From Heterodontus francisci (taxonomy: Eukaryota), in the NCBI RefSeq assembly GCF_036365525.1, contig NC_090396.1, forward strand, positions 28,434,283 through 28,498,282: a DNA stretch of 64,000 nt, read 5' to 3'. The notes below the pieces were generated by a model. It was not told where the DNA came from. It saw nothing but the letters and a program-made list of their open reading frames with translations, and searched no databases. The number at the start of each line of letters is the position of its first letter. Position 1 is the stretch's first letter. Shown here piece after piece: positions 58,895 through 64,000 of the stretch. The position numbers and the translations under genes were made by a program.

Positions 58895-59983
58895 GTATGC
58901 ATTCATTAATTGGCATTGATTTCAAACTTCAGATACCACTAGATCATGGTGATCTAATATGGACTAATCTAATAAGGCAACAGTACTAAGAACTGCGCTT
59001 TCCACATCCCCAGAAACACTACAAGTACGGCTGAGTTACTCCCTTGAAGGCTGCATGTCACCCTGGGGCTACAGTTTGGATCATCCTAGATCATACAGAA
59101 GCCAATTGGACTCATCTGATATAACACTGGAGTCCTTATTGCTCCCTCTGCTCCTTGATTCTCTATGCATTTTGTGATTCAGATGGCATCTTCAACTACT
59201 TTGTAACTGTCATTTGGATCTATGGAGGATATAACTGCTTTGTCATGCTCTCTTCTATTTGACTGGGGTTTTAAAAATAATACATGCTGATCCAAAGCAG
59301 TCAACTATATGCACAGAGTTCCATTTTTCTTTTTCAGAGAATAAGCTGACGTCAGATAGCCAGGTCTACATTGCTGTAAGCAGGTATTGGTTCCCAAGAG
59401 TACAGTCATTTTCAAACTTCCCTCTTCTAAATTCCAAAAGGCAGTGTCAGCAACCCAACCAAAATTAGTGCTATTATTGCGAAGGCTTTATTTTAAATCG
59501 GTATACAGCAAGAGAAATAATGGGGTGGATATTGAACTTGCCACTCAGGTATAAAACTGGCATTGGGGGTTGGCTGCCTGTTATTTTAAAGGCCAGATTT
59601 TCCAACCCTAATGTATCAGTAAATCAACAAATATAGAACAAATACAAACATCTGGTGACAAGAAAACTGACTTTGTGGACTGCCTGGGTAAAGCATTCCA
59701 TGTTCTAATAACTCTCTGTGTGAAAAGTTGTCTCCTAATTCCACCCCCCACACCTTTACATCTAATGATCATCGAGTCTATGTCCCTTGTTACCATTTTA
59801 TTAACCAACAGAAAAAGTCTTACACGATTTACCATTTCAAAAACCTTCATAATTTTTAAAATCTCTGTTTCCCTTCTGTGCTCCAATTTTTCAATTCTTA
59901 TTTAGTTATAGACTTTCGTCCAAATGATTATTTGTTGTGCTCTTTCCTTATTACCTGTATGGGTGTCCAGGATTGCACATAGT

Positions 59984-60607
59984 GGGCTGGATTTTGTGCA
60001 GGAGGCAGAGGTCCCGGCACCAGGCCGAAAAGGCAAGGGGAACCCCACCTCTGCACTTTTTCAGGCCCCCGGAGCGATCCTCCAGTCTTTGGTGAAAGTT
60101 GAAGGAGGCGGAATTCCCATCCCTTTACACACTGACGAGGGACAGGGTACCCTCCCCGAAGAGCTGCTGGCCAATCTCAGGGCCAGCAGCTCAACAGTAT
60201 TGGCCGTGCCACCAGGAGTGCTGGCCATTGCTGGTACTGCAGACACCTCAGACCCAAGCCCTTCATTGGAACCCCGGACCCAGGGTTTGTGAGGCGGGGT
60301 CATCAGGGCTGGTCTGGAAGGCCCCGGGGTGGGGGTTCCGGGAGGTGCAGTGGTTCCCAGAGGGTCCTCCATAGGTCACAAATTGCCCACAAAGGAGGGC
60401 CTCCTTCACCTAAACCCACAGGGAGGACGTCTCATTTTCCAAGGCGTCCTCCCAACACAGTAGAGGCCACCCCCGCTGCTGGTAAGATCCCAGCATTGGT
60501 GGGAAGAGGCCCTTAATTTGCTGTCAACAGGCCACTCAAGGGCCTCAATTGACCCAGGGCGAGAAGGCCGACATCAGCCTATCCCGTCCCGGGGAGGATT
60601 GGGCCCA
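59984..60607. mobile_element. GC-rich MITE-like element just upstream of ADPRM copy 2 exon 2
   Basis: GGGCTGGATTTT start, GGATTGGGCCC end; motifs shared with 1885-2470. Confidence 0.45.
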
Positions 60608-60789
60608 ACAATCCTGGCATCAGATTATCAGTAAATCTTTTACCAATATAGAATTGCCAGGTGGTATGAACAAAGAAAGCTTAACAATAATTATTACTTT
60701 AACTTATACTAGAACTGAGCCAATTTTAAACCTAAGTTTTATATTTTTCAGATGGTGGCAAGGTATGTGGAATTTTAGCTTTTGAAAGA

Positions 60790-61384
60790 ATGGCAACTGA
60801 AGCAGATGAGAGTGAAAAACTGAATTTTGCTTTTGGAGTCATAGCAGATATTCAATACGCCAATGTAGATAATGGTTACAATGACACACGCACAAAGAGG
60901 CGTTACTACAGGAACAGCCTGCATCTGCTGCACAATGCTGTCAAGGGATGGAATGAAGAACCTACCACTCCCAGGTTTATTCTGCAGCTTGGCGATATCA
61001 TTGATGGATGCAATTCACAACTAAAGTCCTCAGATGATGCGCTACAAGTGGTAATAAATGAATTTGCAAACTGTATGTCTCCAGTGCACCATATTTGGGG
61101 AAACCATGAATTGTATAATTTTGACAGGGAGGTATTACTTAAATCAGCTCTCAATAGCAAGCACCTGGGAAACACAGATAGCAGAGTTGAGACAGAGTTC
61201 AACCTTGATGATCCTGAGGCATTTTATGGCTACCATTTTAGCCCTTTTCCTAAGTTTCGATTCATAATAACTGACTCATATGATCTCAGCATTCTGGGAA
61301 GGAAATATTCCAGCAAGAAATACCATGATTCAATGGAGATACTGAAGTCATCCAACAAAAATGAAAATGTTAATACCTCGAAAG
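60790..61384 (+). CDS. ADPRM: ADPRM paralog (copy 2), first coding exon (exon 60752-61384); downstream exons not in the window
   Basis: Open 595-nt phase-1 exon with IADIQYA, QLGDIID and WGNHE; acceptor ttttcag|ATG and donor AAAG|gtaat at positions homologous to copy 1. Confidence 0.9.
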
Positions 61385-62424
61385 GTAATTTAAGGTTACA
61401 TCCATATACAGTGGTGTATCTTTATTTTTGGTTTCCAATATAGAAAAATAAATTTTGAGCCTCTAATAAATACTATTTTTTAATTCCCGAATGCATTGTT
61501 GAAAACACCAGTTTTCTTTTTTTAAGCAATGATGTTTCATGCATTTTTCTTAAGACTGGGCACGTCTTTCATAAAGGCATTGCCCTTTCTTAATTAATTC
61601 ACTGTCTGAAACTTCCTATTTTGGTTTAAATACCAGGAACAGGTTATCTTTCTGTATTCATTGTTCAGCCTCACAATTTCTGGCTCTGTGGTATTCTGTT
61701 AATAAAATGCATATCATGCACTATTTAGTAAAGTTATATTTAGGACATTAGTCTTTAAAGTGTTGTTAGACAATAACTCATTTAGACATCATAAATTGCA
61801 GGAGTAATACATAGAATAATGTATTAATTTTTGACAATAATTATGTAGGCAATAAATACTAATTTCCTAGGGAAACTTACCTATGAGAGAGTAGTTGCCT
61901 TCTTTGTTTGATTGTGTTGGTTAGATTTCTTTACTGTACCTCTAGGAATATAGAGGATAAAGCTGAACCACAGGGCATAAAGGAAAACTCCACTTTCAGT
62001 CACCATGATAAAAAAAAACTCTAATCTCTCTCATAGTGCTGTTTCTGCGCACTCAATAAGAAGTGGTATCGTAAATAGTAGATGGGAGCAAAAAGTTTCA
62101 AAAGGACAGATAGATTGAGTGAGTGGGCAAAAATGTGGTAGCTGGAGTTCAAGTGGGAAAGTGTGAGGTCATCCACTTTGGACCTAAGAAAGACAGATCA
62201 GAGTATTTTCTAAATAGGGAGAAGCTAGAAACTGCGGATGAGTAAGATTTAGGGGTTGAAGTACAAAAATCACTAAAAGCTAGTGGGCAGATAAAAAAGT
62301 AATTAAAAAGACCATTGGGATGTTGGGCTTTCTCTCAGGGCTGGAATATAAATGGGTGGAAGTTACATTACACATGTACAGACTTGGCTTTTATTTCCAT
62401 GAGTATAGGCGAAAGAGATGAATT

Positions 62425-63485
62425 CCAGAGGTGAGATGTGAGTGACTGCCCTTGATATCAAAGCAGCATTTGAGCGAGTATGGCATCAATGAGCTCTAGC
62501 AAAATTGAAGCCAATGGGAACCAGGAGAAAAAGTCTCCACTGGTTGGAATCATACCTAGTGCAAAGGAAGATGGTTGTGGTTGTTGGAGGACAATCATCT
62601 CAGCCCCAAGGCATCACTGCAGGAGTTCCTCAGGGTAGTGTCCTAGGCCCGAACGTCTTCAGCTGCTTCATCAATGACCTTTCTCCATCATAAGGTCAGA
62701 AGTGGGGATGTTCGCTGATGATTGCACAGTATCCAGTATCATTCACGACTCCTCAGATACTGAAGCAGTCCGTGCCATCATGCAGCAAGACCTGGATAAC
62801 ATTCAGCTTGGGCTGATAAATGACGAGTAACATTTGTGCCAGACAATTGCCAGGCAATGACCATCTCCAACAAGAGAGAATCTAACCATCTTCCCTTGAC
62901 ATTCAATGGGATTACCATCGCTCAATCCCCCACTATCACCATCCTGGGGGTTACCATTGACCAGAAACACAATTGGACCAGCCACATAAATACTGTGGCT
63001 ACAAGAGCAGGTCAGAGGCTGGAAATTCTGCAGTGAGTAACTCACCTCCGGACTTCTGAAAGCCTGTCCACCATTTACAAAGCACAAGTCAAGGGTGTGA
63101 TGGAATACTCTCCACTTGCCTGGATGGGTGCAGCTCCAACAACAGTCAAGAAACTCGACACCATCCAGGACAAAGCAACCCGCTTGATTGGCACCCCATT
63201 CACCGCCTTCAGCATTCAGTCACTTCTCCACTGGCACAAAGGGACAACAGAGTGTACCATATACAAGGTGCACTGCAGCAACTCACTGAGATTCCTATGA
63301 CAGCACCTTCCAAATCTGCAACCTCTGCCACCTAGAAGAACAAAGGCAGCGGATGCATGGGAGCGCCACCACCTGCAAGTTCCGCTTTAAGTCACACACC
63401 ATCCTGACTTGGAGCTATATTGCTGTTGCTTCACCGTCGCTGGATCAAAATCCTGGTACTCCCTCCCTAACAGCACTGTAGGTGT
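62425..63485 (+). mobile_element. Internal/3' fragment of the LINE family of 21794-25076
   Basis: [42 protein letters not shown]. Confidence 0.88.
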
Positions 63486-63659
63486 GTATTCCAGGTGTTG
63501 ATCACTTATTGTGCTAAGAAGTATTTCCTGATATTAATTCTAAAATTACCTTTTACCAGCTTGAACTAGTGTCCCCTAGTTCTATTTTTGCAGTTGTAAC
63601 TTTTGCTACACTGTTAACAATCTCATAACTATTATCTCACCTCTCAGACCTTTCTAGGA

Positions 63660-64000
63660 TGAAGAGTAGATAGGGAGAAACTGTTCCACTCATGAAAGGG
63701 TCGGGAATGAGAGGGCACAGATTTAAAGTAATTGGCAAAAGAAACAAAAACAACAGGAGGAAAAACTTTTTCATGCAGCGAGCAGTTGAGATTTGGAATG
63801 CACTGCCTGAGAGTGTGGTGCAGGCAGGTTCAGTCGAGGCATTCAAAAGGTAATTAGACTGTTATCTAAAAAGGAAGAATGTGCAGGGTTACAGGGAGAG
63901 GACAGAGAGCACTAGGCGAATTACTCATTTGGAGATCTGGTGCAGACATGATGGGCTGAATGGCCTCATTCTGTGCTGTAATAATTTTGTGATTCTGTAA
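63660..64000 (+). mobile_element. CR1 3' end
   Basis: RGHRFK...FFMQRAVEIWNALP, then 3' UTR GGGCTGAATGGCCTC and a TTCTGTGA-type tail. Confidence 0.85.

Noticed and set aside
60790-61384. ADPRM copy 2 as a haplotig or assembly duplication
   Set aside because: About 25% divergence in the 5' part, indels and unrelated introns exclude an allelic duplicate.

Overview
Vertebrate nuclear DNA, not prokaryotic. The repeat complement (HE1/V-SINE-type and Deu-type SINEs, abundant CR1, Penelope-like elements) points to a cartilaginous fish (shark). The window holds the SCO1-ADPRM locus. SCO1 is complete on the minus strand (7 coding exons, 6140-31714, 308 aa, CxxxC and His copper ligands). A complete ADPRM lies head-to-head with it on the plus strand (CDS 38010-43516, 342 aa). 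The first coding exon of a second, tandem ADPRM paralog is at 60790-61384; its remaining exons are not in the window. Most of the rest is nested transposable elements: CR1, L2, young RTE/BovB-like LINEs, Penelope-like elements with minimal hammerhead ribozymes, solo LTRs, hAT MITEs, and Harbinger and Helitron relics. Two highlights stand out. (1) A TSD-bounded 3.3 kb ORF1-less LINE (21794-25076, minus) has a tRNA-derived A/B-box head running into an endonuclease-RT ORF, and its sense strand has no TTTT Pol III terminator, suggesting an autonomous Pol III-transcribed LINE. (2) The ADPRM paralog has substitutions at the positions equivalent to the substrate-specificity residues Phe37 and Leu196, plus an apparent gene-conversion tract. 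All coordinates were read by eye; TE boundaries without a stated TSD are approximate.
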